Shown piece by piece: positions 40,571 through 52,825 of a DNA stretch of 64,000 nt. The position numbers were made by a program, and so were the translations under genes. The notes beneath the pieces are model-generated. The model had not been told where the DNA came from. It did not search any database and worked only from the letters and a program-made list of their open reading frames with translations. The stretch spans positions 6,944,001 to 7,008,000 of the forward strand of contig NC_043026.1 in assembly GCF_006345805.1 (NCBI RefSeq), written 5' to 3'. Within the stretch, counting starts at the first letter, position 1. Each line of letters begins with the position of its first letter. Origin of the DNA: Octopus sinensis (lineage: Eukaryota).

Positions 40571-40989
40571 ATTTTTTTATTCTATTTTATTTTTTAATTC
40601 TCACATCTTCATTGTCCTAATTATGGTAATTATAATGCTAATTATCATCCTCATAATTATTATTATAATTGCTAGAGTGATAAGTAATGCCTATTCTTTT
40701 ATTCTTTTACTCGTTTCAGGCATTTGACCGCGTCCATGCTGGAGCACCACCTTTAGTCGAACGAACTGATGCCAGGATTTATTCTCTGAAAGCCTAGTAT
40801 TTATTCTATCTGTTCCTTTTGCAGAACCGCTAAGTTACAGGGACATAAACACACCAACATCGACTGTCAAGCAATAGTGAGGGGACAAACAGACACACAA
40901 ATACATAAACGCACACATGCACATACACATCATGTAATCAACTGCATTAGCTTTAAGGGTATCATAAAAGGCCTGGTTGGAGGCTCAAA

Positions 40990-41143
40990 CTTCCAAGTTC
41001 TTATACAGGGCTTAGAAAAACTGAAGGACCCCTGCAATAAGTGTGTGGATCTGAGAAGGGAATATGTTGAATAGAATCATAATTAACTGATCCTCCTCTA
41101 TTTTCTTTTACCCAAAGCCAGGAACTTTTCAACACCCCCTATT
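40990..41143 (+). mobile_element. Mariner 3' end with TIR (same family as 31263)
   Basis: QGLEKLKDPCNKCVDLRREYVE* followed by ccaggaacttttcaacacccc. Confidence 0.75.
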
Positions 41144-41145
41144 AT

Positions 41146-43320
41146 ACACACACAGATGCAGGGCTTCATGGTTAGGATATTAGTCTCATGACTGTAAGGT
41201 CGTGGGTTCAATTCCCATTGGTGCATTGTGACCTTGAGCAAGACACTTTATTTCACGTTGCTCCAGTCTCCCCTCAGCTGGCAAAAGTGAGTTGTACCTG
41301 TAATTCACCAGGGAACAGCCTCGTCAAATGCTGCGTTGCGCTGAAGCTCCCAGAGAACTACATTAAGCATGTTAAGGGCACGCATTTCTGTGGAGCGCTC
41401 AGCCACTTGCACATAAATTTCACAAGCAGGCTGTTCCGTTGTTCGGACGAACTGAAAACCCTCGTCGATCACAACCAACATAGAACCAGAGTGAATACAC
41501 ACACACACAACCACACACACACACCCATACATCATCATCATCATCGTTTAACGTCCGTTTTCCGCGCTAGCACGAAATACATATACACACACACACACGC
41601 ATATATACAAGCATCATACACAAGTACACATACACACACACAACCACACGCATATATACAAGCATCCATACATAAATACATTACACACACACATACACAA
41701 GTACACACACACACCCATACACAAATACACATACACACACACACACAAATACACACACACACCCATACACAAATACACACACACACCCATACACAAATAC
41801 ACATACACACACACACAAATACACACACACACACATACACAAATACACACACACACCCATACACAAATACACATACACACACACACAAATACACACACAC
41901 ACACACATACACAAATACACACACACACACATACACAAATACACACACACACGCATATATACAAGCATCATACACAAGTACACATACACACACACAACCA
42001 CACGCATATATACAAGCATCCATACATAAATACATTACACACACACATACACAAATACACACACACACACATACACAAATACACACACACACACACACAC
42101 ACAACCCCACAGTATATAAAAAGCCTAAAAATGGATGCAGCTGCTGGTTCCTGAGACGGTCTGTAGGTGTTGCTTTAGTGTATTAGAGGGGAGGGGCGCT
42201 GTATCTGGAGGTTTGTCATTCACCCCACCACCACCACAACCACCCCGGGTACCACTGCTGCTACTACTTCTACTACAACAAACACTGACATACTTCTACA
42301 AATGCCAATGGTATTCTTAGCATTGGTATTCTTCCTCCTCCTCCATACACACTAAGTATATGTGTATATATACATAAATGTATATCTATATATAACACAC
42401 ACAGATGCAGGGCTTCATGGTTAGGATATTAGTCTCATGACTGTAAGGTCGTGGGTTCAATTCCCATTGGTGCATTGTGACCTTGAGCAAGACACTTTAT
42501 TTCACGTTGCTCCAGTCTCCCCTCAGCTGGCAAAAGTGAGTTGTACCTGTAATTCACCAGGGAACAGCCTCGTCAAATGCTGCGTTGCGCTGAAGCTCCC
42601 AGAGAACTACATTAAGCATGTTAAGGGCACGCATTTCTGTGGAGCGCTCAGCCACTTGCACATAAATTTCACAAGCAGGCTGTTCCGTTGTTCGGACGAA
42701 CTGAAAACCCTCGTCGATCACAACCAACATAGAACCAGAGTGAATACACACAACACACACACACACACACCCATACATCATCATCATCATCGTTTAACGT
42801 CCGTTTTCCGCGCTAGCACGAAATACATATACACACACACACAACCACACGCATATATACAAGCATCATACACAAGTACACATACACACACACAACACAC
42901 ACACACACACATACACAAGTACACATACACACACACACAATACACACACACACACACCACACACACACACACAATACACACACACACACACCCATACACA
43001 AATACACATACACACAAACACACACAACCCCACAGTATATAAAAAGCCTAAAAATGGATGCAACTGCTGGTTCCTCAGACGGTCTGTAGGTGTTGCTTTA
43101 GTGTATTAGAGGGGAGGGGCGCTGTATCTGGAGGTTTGTCATTCACCCCACCACCACCACAACCACCCCGGGTACCACTGCTGCTACTACTTCTACTACA
43201 ACAAACACTGACATACTTCTACAAATGCCAATGGTATTCTTAGCATTGGTATTCTTCCTCCTCCTCCATACACACTAAGTATATGTGTATATATACATAA
43301 ATGTATATCTATATATATAC
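41146..43320. repeat. Recent tandem duplication (period 1249 bp; second copy ~326 bp shorter)
   Basis: gatgcagggcttcatgg at 41155 and 42404. Unique parts are near-identical and differ mainly in the CA-rich tract. Confidence 0.9.
41158..41490 (+). mobile_element. tRNA-derived SINE family D2 (duplicated at 42407-42740; inverted copy at 6713-6945)
   Basis: Head tggttaggatattagtctcatgactgtaaggtcgtgggttcaattccc. Shares ttgagcaagacactttatttcacgttgctccag with family D. Confidence 0.75.
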
Positions 43321-43524
43321 ACACACACACACACAGGTACACAGGTATGTATTGCATCTGTTTACATATATATATATACACACACACACGTAACTATATA
43401 AACATACACATACGTATACACGTGTTCTATGGGTATGAATATAGACAATGTTGATACACGTACATACATATATAAACTTTTGTATATATCTCCATGTATG
43501 TATATAAACGTATATATATATTTG

Positions 43525-43569
<45 letters not shown>

Positions 43570-43637
43570 ATGTAGATACCTGTATCTGTGTAAGAATTTG
43601 TGTTATTTGGATTATATACACACACACACGTGTATGA

Positions 43638-43715
<78 letters not shown>

Positions 43716-43833
43716 AAGAGGGCATACATATAAATAAATATATTTAAGTGAAAAAACTGGTGTTTTTTTTCTCTTATGAAGATTTTCACACTGACTACTT
43801 GATAAATTCTTATAAAGATTTTATCCCATTTCT

Positions 43834-43883
<50 letters not shown>

Positions 43884-44904
43884 CATTTGTGTATGAATAC
43901 ACACACACATGTGTGTATGTATATATACACACACACGTATATGAACATGTGTGTGTGTGTGTGCATCCATATCTACCACCACCATCGTGATGACGGCCTG
44001 TATGCAGTCACTCACCTTCCTAGAAATAGCAGTGAAACCTCCCTTAAACCCCAACCACCAATCTTAATCTATCATGAGTACATTGTTCAATATATTCCTT
44101 GATACACACAGACAGGATGGTCAATGTTGGATTGCCCTTGATAGGGAAACCGAAAGTTAAACAACTTCATCAACATCATATATATATATATATATATATA
44201 TATGGCCACCACTACTGATATCAGTATAATTAGTGCCATGACCACCACTACTAGCAAACCATCATTACCACAAGTAGTAGTAATTACCACTACAACCATC
44301 ACTGGTGAGAAAACCACCACCACCAGCATCACAATTATCACCAACACCATTGTAACAACCACCACCACTAGGATGATTAGCACTATTGCTACCACTACCA
44401 CCAACACCTTCACAAGAACCACACCAATGCCACCACTTCACAACTACCACCAACACCACCTCCACAACTGAAGATGACCACCACTACTTCTCCACCACAA
44501 CCATCATGTCCACCACTACCACAATTACTGACACCACCACCTCCACAAAAGCAACCACTACCACCACCTCCACAACAACCATGACACCGCCCACCACCAC
44601 CACCACCATCAACTTTCTACTGAAATTCTCGCATGGTATTTCCCTTTTGCCAGAGCTGAAGCGAACACTGAGCAACCGTTCTTTGCAGCAGCAGGAGTAG
44701 CAGCAGCAGCATCGGATGCAGACAGGATACCATGCAACTGGAGGCAGACATCTGATAAACGCCAAGGAGGAAATATATCGCTAAGACATCGACATTCTTG
44801 GAGAAGTTTGAAATTATTTTTAAGTTAGTCACATCTCAGATCTTTCGTTTCAGACGGATACGTACATATGTGGATATAAATATGATATATATATATATAA
44901 ATAT

Positions 44905-45235
44905 GATGTATATGTTAGTTAGTTAGTTAGTTAATTTTTTGGCTCAAAAAGCAAAAAGCAAGGCCATGTAGGGGGACATGGAGTTATGTACAGTGTGGTG
45001 TTCATGTAAGGAGTTCAGGCCACTTGTGGTCAAGGGAGACTTTGAGCCGAGCGGTCGTCGGCATCTTCACTATCTCGTCCGGCAGCTTATTCCACGGATC
45101 TGCAACCCGGACGGAGAAAGCCCCTCTCCTTCGATTGAGATGAAATCATCGCAGATAGAGCTTTTCGGAATGACCCCGCAGCCGGCGCTCTGGAGCAGGA
45201 GTGAAGAACAGCTCTTTCGAGAGGTTATACATAAA
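44905..45235 (-). mobile_element. CR1-clade LINE 3' end, 5'-truncated
   Basis: NLSKELFFTPAPERRLRGHSEKLYLRRFHLNRRRGAFSVRVADPWNKLP. (TAAC)n tail at 44905-44935. Confidence 0.85.
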
Positions 45236-48057
45236 TATGATATATAAATCACGTAAAAACCACCCACCGATCATGGCCGTTGCCAGCCTCCCGACACGTA
45301 AAAAGAACCATCCGTACGTGGTCAATGCCAGCGCCACCTCGACTGGCTTCCGTACCTGTGGCACGTAAAAAGCTCCCACTACACTCACGGAGTGGTTGGC
45401 GTTAGGAAGGTCATCCAGCTGTAGAAACACTGCCAGATCAGACTGGAGCCTGGTGCAGCCTCCTGCCGCGACTGGCTACTGTGCTGGTAGCACGTAAAGA
45501 GCACCATCTGAACATGGCCGATGCCAGTGCCGACTGACTGGCTCCCGTGCTAGTAGCGCATAAAAAGCACCCACTACAATCTCAAAGATTCAAAGGTACT
45601 TTTTATATATATATAATGTATGTATATACATATGTATATGCACACAAACATACATACATACGCACACACACAGCAGGCTTCTTTCAGTTTCCATCTACCA
45701 AATCCACTCGCAAGGCTTTGGTTGGTCTAAGGCTATAGTAGAAGGCACTTGCCCAAGGTGCCACGCAGTGGGACTGAACCCAGAACCATGTGGTTGGGAG
45801 CAAACCTCTCTCCCTCTCACTCTGTATGTGTGTGTGTGTGTGTATACACACACGTGTATCTGTGAGTGTGTATAAGGACCCCACCCGAATGAAACAGAAA
45901 TATCTTCAAAACAAAATCCCTAAAATTCAAACCCTCCTCTTAAAAATATGTAGTCTATCTGTAGAATTCCAAAAGAATTCTAGAAACTCCAGTTGGTATC
46001 CACCCTTCAAGTACCCAGCAACACCACCCCAGTCAGCCCTCAACAGCCCTCCACCACCAGAAATACCAGGCAAAAATTCAGTAACTCTAATTTAAACATC
46101 TCCGACAAGACCTCAAAACCTAAATAAGTTATTTTATCTCTTTCAAATCTCGTTTTATCTCCTCCTGCACTTAACAGTTTAATGCCATCGTATCTTCGTT
46201 AACAGCAGTGTTTATTATTATTATTATTATTGTTGTTGTTGTTGTTGGTGTTGTTGTTGGTGTTGTCGTTGCTGAGGTCAACTTCACTTTTCGTTGTTCC
46301 AGAATTGATAAAAGTGCTGGGGTTGATGGTAAGGAATCAGACGCCGTTGAACAGCACTGAGTCGGCCGGTATTTCTTCTTCTTCAGATCTCCATGAGGTC
46401 AGCTCTGCTTTTTTTTGTCCATTTAACAAAACTGATATCCTAAAATCTAGGTTCCACATAAGATGCATTGGCATTGATGCTGGAACCATGTAAAAAGCAC
46501 TGGTGAATGGCGCTGGTGTTGGAGCCACGTAAAAAGCGCTGGTAATGGTGCCACCTGAAAAGCACGGGTGCTGGTTCCACAGAAAAGGCACTGCTGACGG
46601 TGCCACGTAAAAAAGCACTGGTGCTGGTACCACAGAAAAAAAAATCATCCGGTCCACTCTGTAAACTGGTTGGCATAGGGAAGGGCATCCAACCATTCCA
46701 ACACGGAGAACAGAGCTACGCACATTTGATGATGATGAATACAAATATCCTGAGTGGACCAATCAAGTATGTCCAAGCCTTGACCACGCCATCTGTTGTT
46801 AAGGCATAGTGCATCTAGGACTACATAATCCAATGTGTCATTTCTGGTACCTTACCTCTAAGACCAGTCCTGATCCAGCAGACCTTCAAATATGACCATC
46901 TTTTCAGATCTTAATGAAAGGCGCAGGAGTGGCTGTGTGGAAAGAAGCTTGCTTCCCAACCACATGGTTCCGGTTTCAGTCCCACTGCATGGCACCTGGG
47001 GCAAGTGTCTTCTACTATACCCTCGGGCTGACCAAAGCCTTGTGAGAGAATATGGTAGACGGAAACTAAAAGGAGCCTGTCACACACACAAACGTGTGTG
47101 TGTGTACATGTTTGCCCCCCCCCTCCATCACTTGGCAACAGATGTTGGTGTGCTTACGTCCCTGTAACTTAGCAGTTCAGCAAAAGAGGATGATAGAATA
47201 AGTACTAGGCTTACAAAGAATAAGTCCTGGAGTCAATTTCTTCAACTAAAGACAGTGCACCAGCATGGCCGTAGTCAAATGACAAACAAGTAAAAGAGTA
47301 AAATCCTCCCAGCCATGACCATCCCATCTTTTATTAAGGCATAGGACTACATTAATCAAACACATCATTCCTCTTTTTTTCCTCCTCCTTCTATTGTAAT
47401 ACAGCAATGTATGATACGAGAAAGATTTCACTGATATTTCTAGCAAATCCTATGACCAGACCACGTAGAACCGACACTTCTCTGAGTTGATTCACTTTAC
47501 CAAATGTAGGAATTCTCTGCTGGCGCTGCTCTCTAAGACTTCCATTCTTGTTTATAGTCAAATTCTGTGGCAGTCTGTTACGAAGATAAGGCAGGCACAC
47601 ACACAGGAATGGCATTTGAGATTAAATTATGTTTAAAAAGGTTATCACACGGACGATAAAGACAAGCAGCTAATGTGTGTGTGTGTATGTATATATGTAC
47701 ATATATATATATATATCTTTAACTATAAACGTGCATAATATATACATATATAAATGTATATACACGTGTGTGTATGTGAATATATATATATATATATATA
47801 TGAGTGGGTATGTCTGCATACATATATACCTGTATAAGTATATATACACGTGTATGTGTGTGTATATATATATATATATACATACACACACACACATACA
47901 TATATAAATGAACGTGTGTGCCGTAGAAACATTGCCAGATCAGACTATGCCTGGTGCAGCCTTCTGGCTTCCCAGACCCCAGTTGCATCGTCCAACCCAT
48001 GTATATATAAGTGTATATACACGTGTGTGTGTGTATATAAGTGCATATACATTTACA

Positions 48058-48089
<32 letters not shown>

Positions 48090-48439
48090 AATGCATATGT
48101 ATATAAATGCATATACATATATCTGTAAGTCTATATACACAGACACACAGACATATTTGTGTGTATACTAGATGCATGCATGCATGCACACGCGTGCGCG
48201 CATGCACACATACAGAACATAAAACATGAAATATCTTGTTTCATTCATAGGACTTTGCCCATGCTGGGGCACCGTCTTCAAGACTTTAGTCAAATGAATT
48301 GACCCCCAGGAACATTTCTAAGCTTGGCGCTCATTCTATCAGACTTCTTTTTGCTGATCCATTAAATTACAAGGATGTAAACAAACCAACACTGTTCATC
48401 AAGCTGTGCTGAGGGACACCCGTGTGTATGTGTGTGTGT

Positions 48440-48770
48440 ATATATATATATAGCTCTGTCTGGCCCCGTGTCGGTGGCACGTAAAAGCACCATCCGTTCG
48501 TGTCCGTTGCCAGCATCGCCTGGCCCCGTGCCGGTGACACGTAAAAGCATCATCCGCTCGTGGCCGTTCGCCAGCTCTGTCTGGCACCTGTGCAGGTGGC
48601 ACGTAAAAAACACCCACTACACTCTCGGAGTGGTTGGCGTTAGGAAGGGCATCCAGCCGTAGAAACACTGCCAGATCTGACTGGGCCTGATGAAGCCTTC
48701 CAGCTTCACAGACCCCAGTTGACCCGTCCAACCCATGCTAGCATGGAAAGCGGCCGCTAAATGATGATGA

Positions 48771-48775
<5 letters not shown>
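48440..48775 (+). mobile_element. RTE-tail repeat family C (SINE or LINE 3' UTR) with ~60-bp internal tandem units
   Basis: (ggcacgtaaaagcaccatccg...)n then ccactacactctcggagtggttggcgttaggaagggcatccagc...catggaaagcgg..(GAT)n. Other copies approx. 2470-2567, 4975-5250, 17150-17330(-), 17560-17885, 17886-18080(-), 35495-35580(-), 45250-45480, 51080-51250(-), 52560-52780, 54950-55140(-), 58450-58800, 63695-63935. Confidence 0.8.
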
Positions 48776-48815
<40 letters not shown>

Positions 48816-49039
48816 TAGTGGGCTTCTTTCAGTTTCCATCTACCAAATCCACTCACAAGGCTTGGGTTGGCCCAAGGCTATAATAAATGACACATCCCCA
48901 TGGTGCCATCCAATGAGACTGAACTTGGAACCATGTGATTGGGAAGCAAGCTTCTTACCACACAGCCACACCTATGTGTCTATAAATCATATTCTTTTAC
49001 TCGTTTCAGTCACTTGGCTGCGACCATTGATGCTCCGAC

Positions 49040-49560
49040 GTCTGGCAGCAGATTTGATAAACACCCACAAAATTATTAACCATCGCACCAACAACCACCT
49101 CCTCCACCTTTTTGAGCGCCATGTGTCTAACACATGTGGGCATTCCCTACAAAGTCAGGAAACAGCACAGCTCCCATGACTTTCGGAAACATTTCTTCAC
49201 ACTCAGAGTCGCTGAAGCATGGAACAAACTACCTGCATCAGTTGTTAGTTGCCGAGACACTGAATCCTTTAAATCCTCCATGCTTCCCGAAATTCGCCAA
49301 CGCTACACCTGATATTCCCACCCCACTCCATATGCATGCACTCCTGACTTTTGTACATAAGTCTATGTACCGTACATGCACCTTTAATAAGCTGTAGTGC
49401 ACCTGAGCACTGTACACAATAATTTCATTATTATAAGGTAAAACAATAATTGCAAGATTCTTTATTTGTGTGTTGAAGCATATTTTGTTGTGTCTGGGGA
49501 GAGTCAATCTGTTTTAATGCCTTATTAATTAACACACACACTGGTTCAGTTTCCACTCAT
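49040..49560 (+). mobile_element. CR1-clade LINE 3' end (second family) with 3' UTR
   Basis: GIPYKVRKQHSSHDFRKHFFTLRVAEAWNKLPASVVSCRDTESFK matches the CR1 ORF2 C-terminal motif FF..RV...WN.LP. Confidence 0.85.
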
Positions 49561-49903
49561 TTACTTAGAAGAAGAACGTAGCTCCTACAACGGTCAGAGC
49601 CAACAACTATTGAAGAAGTTGCAAGAAGCAATGAAAATTAGTAAAAAAAAAAAGTAAATGAGTGGAAATCAAACCAGTGAGTGTGTTAATTAATAAAAGA
49701 TTAACACAGAATGACTCACTTCCAGACATAACTAAGTAAAACAATACCTTTTCTCATTATAGACATTGCCTCGTATTAGTTTACCTAACTTCCTAATTGC
49801 TCAGAAGATGTTTTGTCAAACGCTTGTCTCATATAAATATACTGCAGTGCTTCAAACAAATTATTATAGTCTTTTGGTAAACAAACAAACCAGAAAAACT
49901 CAC

Positions 49904-49971
49904 CGATTCCATGTGTTAAAAGAACAACGGAATTAATAAAAGGTAGGGAAGAGCCAATTGGATGTACTCAC
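49904..49971 (-). other. Candidate recursive splice site (AG|GTGAGT) with 68-nt cryptic RS-exon
   Basis: Branch-like TCTAAT (50003-49998), tract tcgttttccttttctttcttttacAG, immediately followed by GTGAGT. A second donor TCG|GTGAGT lies at 49903-49898. Stops occur in all three frames of the 68 nt. Confidence 0.55.
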
Positions 49972-50105
49972 CTGTAAAAGAAAGAAAAGGAAAACGAATT
50001 AGATAATAGAAATATTAATTATATAGACAGGTGCAGTCTAATGACAAACAAGTAAAAGACAAAAGTGTGTATATTGTATATATGTATATAATATTATATA
50101 TATAT

Positions 50106-50178
<73 letters not shown>

Positions 50179-51263
50179 TTAGCCTGGAGACGGATGGATT
50201 CCGCCAGGCTTTCTCGCCCTAGACACACTGTATGGCTACAGTGCTCTGCCCCACCATGCTCCCAAGGGGTTAAGGGATTTGTCATTGTCAGGTATGGCTA
50301 CTTGCTTCCCAACCACATGGTTCTGGGTTCAGTCCCACTGCGTGGCACCTTGGGCAAGTGCCTTCTACTATAGCCACAGGCTGACCAAAGCCTTGTGAGT
50401 GGATTTGGTAGATGGAAACTGAAAGAAGCCCGTCATATATATATTATAGGCACAGGAATGGCTGTGTGGTAAGTAGCTTGCTCCCAACCACATAGTTCCA
50501 GGTTCAGTCCCACTCCGTGGCCCTTTGGCTAAATGTCTTCTATCATAGCCTTGAGCTGACCAAAGCCTTATGAATGGATTAGGTTTCCGTCTACCAAATC
50601 CATTCATGAGGCATTGGTCAGTCTGAGGTTATTAGAAGACACTTCAAAGGGGTGCACAGTGGAACCGAACCCAAAATCCTGTGGTTGGGAAGCAAGCTTC
50701 TTAACCCCACAGCCAATCCTGCACACACACCCACACCCACACAACCATACTGGCACCTATTTCTTAGATTTTATAGAATATAAACAAACTAACAGAACGC
50801 AGTAAGTAGGATGTCATGTGATGAGGGTAGGGTGGCGACCACATGTCAGAATGCACCCAGCCTGTATCCAGGGAAGGACGGGAGAGAGCTTCAAGAAGAT
50901 AAACAAGAGATGATGCAGACGAAAAACATTGGATGGAAATAAAAAGTGAAATAGGATTTAATTTGACCTGCTGTGAGTCAACGAAAAAAACAAGGTCAAT
51001 GATCTCGACAAACGGATGAGTTTTAGTAGATATTTCTTTCTTTATTGCCCCCCCATACACACACACACACACACACACATATATCATCATCATCATTTAG
51101 CGTCTGCTTTCCATGCTAGCATGGGTTGGATGGTTCAACTGGGGTCTGGGAAGCCAGGAGGCTGCACCAGGCCCAGTCTGATCTGGCAATGTTTCTACGG
51201 CTGGATACTCTTCCTATCGCCAACCACTCCGTGAGTGTAGCGCCAACCATTCCATGAGTGTAG

Positions 51264-51303
<40 letters not shown>

Positions 51304-52782
51304 AGGCTTCTTTCAGTTTCCATTTACCAAATCCACTCATAGAGGCTTTGGTCAGCCCAGGGGTATAGGAAAAGACACCAGCCCAAGGTGCCACACAGTG
51401 GGACCGAACCAAGATCCATATGGCCGTGGGAGTCAGAGTCAGTAAAACTATACTGACTGATTCCCAATTTGCTTCATGAGAGATATAGAGCAGAATCAAT
51501 TAAGACATAAAGAGGAGTTGGAGTCAGAGGTGTGAGTAGGAGGGGAGTCGGAGTGTTTGGCTTTGACTCCACAGACCTACTTACCACACACACACACAGC
51601 TGTACCTATACACACACACACACACACACATACATACACAGCTGTACCTACACACACACACACAGCTGTACCTATACACACACACCTGTACCTATACACA
51701 CACACCTGTACCTATACACACACACAGCTGTACCTATACACACACACAGCTGTACCTATACACACACACACACAGCTGTACCTACACACACACACACACA
51801 CACACACAACTGTACCTATACACACACACAAAAAAATCTGCTCACAAGGAATTGGTTGACCCTGGCAGCTACAGTAAAAGACAGTTGCCCAAGACGAGGC
51901 ACCACGCAGTGGGACTGAACCACTTGCTTAAGAAGCAAACTTATTAACCAAACAACCATTTTCCTTCTTCGTCTGAGATATTTTTCCCAGTCCCCCACCC
52001 ACCCTCTTTTATATTTCCCATCCCCACCCACGGAGCAATTTATAATTAATTATAAACGTTTGACCTACTGCACTAAAATATGTCGTTCCCTATTTAAGTA
52101 ATTACCAAACTGTCTTCGTTGCATTAGCGACAGAGCTAACGAGAATAACAGCACCAACAACATCATGTCCACAGACTCTAACCAGATGCTGGGACAAATA
52201 GAAGCGAGCCCCATCTGCAAAGACTCGGGGTGCGTAGCATCATTGGCCATGGGGGTGGGTTTGTTTTTTTTATCTTGTGTGATGATATTTCTGGTTTGTC
52301 AAGAATAAGAAAAACAAAATTTGTGGAAAAGAGAAAATACATGTTAGGTGGCTGGCATGGCTGGGTGGTAAGAAGCTTGCTTCCGAACCGCATGCTTCTG
52401 GGTTCAGTCTCATGCTGTGGCACTTCAGGCAAATGTCCTCTACTATAGTTTTGTGCCGACCAAAGCCTTGTGAGTGGACTTCATAGACAGAAACTGAAAG
52501 AAGCTGCGCGCGTGCGTGCGTGTGTGCAGAATTGCAGTTGTGACATAATGGTATCATGTAAATTGGCACCTGTGCCGGTTGCACGTAAATGCACCCAGGT
52601 GTTGTGCCAGTGGCACCTGAAAGCAGCCATTACACTCTCGGAGTGGTTGGCTTTAGGAAGGGCATCCAGCTGTAGAAAACCATGCCAAATCAGACTGGAA
52701 CCTGGTGCAGCCTTCCAGCATGCCAGCCCAGTCAAACTGTCCAATCCAGCCCAGTAAGGACAATGGACACTAAAGGACGATC

Positions 52783-52819
<37 letters not shown>

Positions 52820-52825
52820 TATAAA

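Noticed and set aside
39779-40620. Poly-Leu and poly-Ile/Met ORFs; likewise all VC/YI/HT-repeat ORFs in the track
   Set aside because: They are trinucleotide and dinucleotide microsatellite translations.
31263-41143. Composite mariner transposon bracketing 9.9 kb
   Set aside because: Both ends are right-end fragments, the TIRs are degraded and there are no matching TA TSDs. Independent insertions are more likely.
41158-41230. tRNA genes at SINE heads
   Set aside because: A/B boxes are present, but there is no complete cloverleaf or acceptor stem and they continue into SINE bodies.
44617-44832. Minus-strand ORF with MLLLLLLLLQRTVAQ signal-peptide look
   Set aside because: The Leu run comes from a (CTG)n repeat, there is no usable donor, and the ORF ends in a stop beside an (ACC)n tract.
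46480-46640. CRISPR-like repeat-spacer look (gccacgtaaaaagcac with variable gaps)
   Set aside because: These are degenerate internal tandem units of repeat family C. Spacers are related to each other, there are no cas genes, and the context is eukaryotic.
49562-49657. Plus-strand coiled-coil-looking peptide YLEEERSSYNGQSQQLLKKLQEAMKISKKKK
   Set aside because: There is no start or credible exon chain. The purine richness is explained by a minus-strand polypyrimidine tract.
50176-50290. HDV-like or twister ribozyme
   Set aside because: P1/P1.1/L3 and the twister pseudoknots could not be assembled on either strand.
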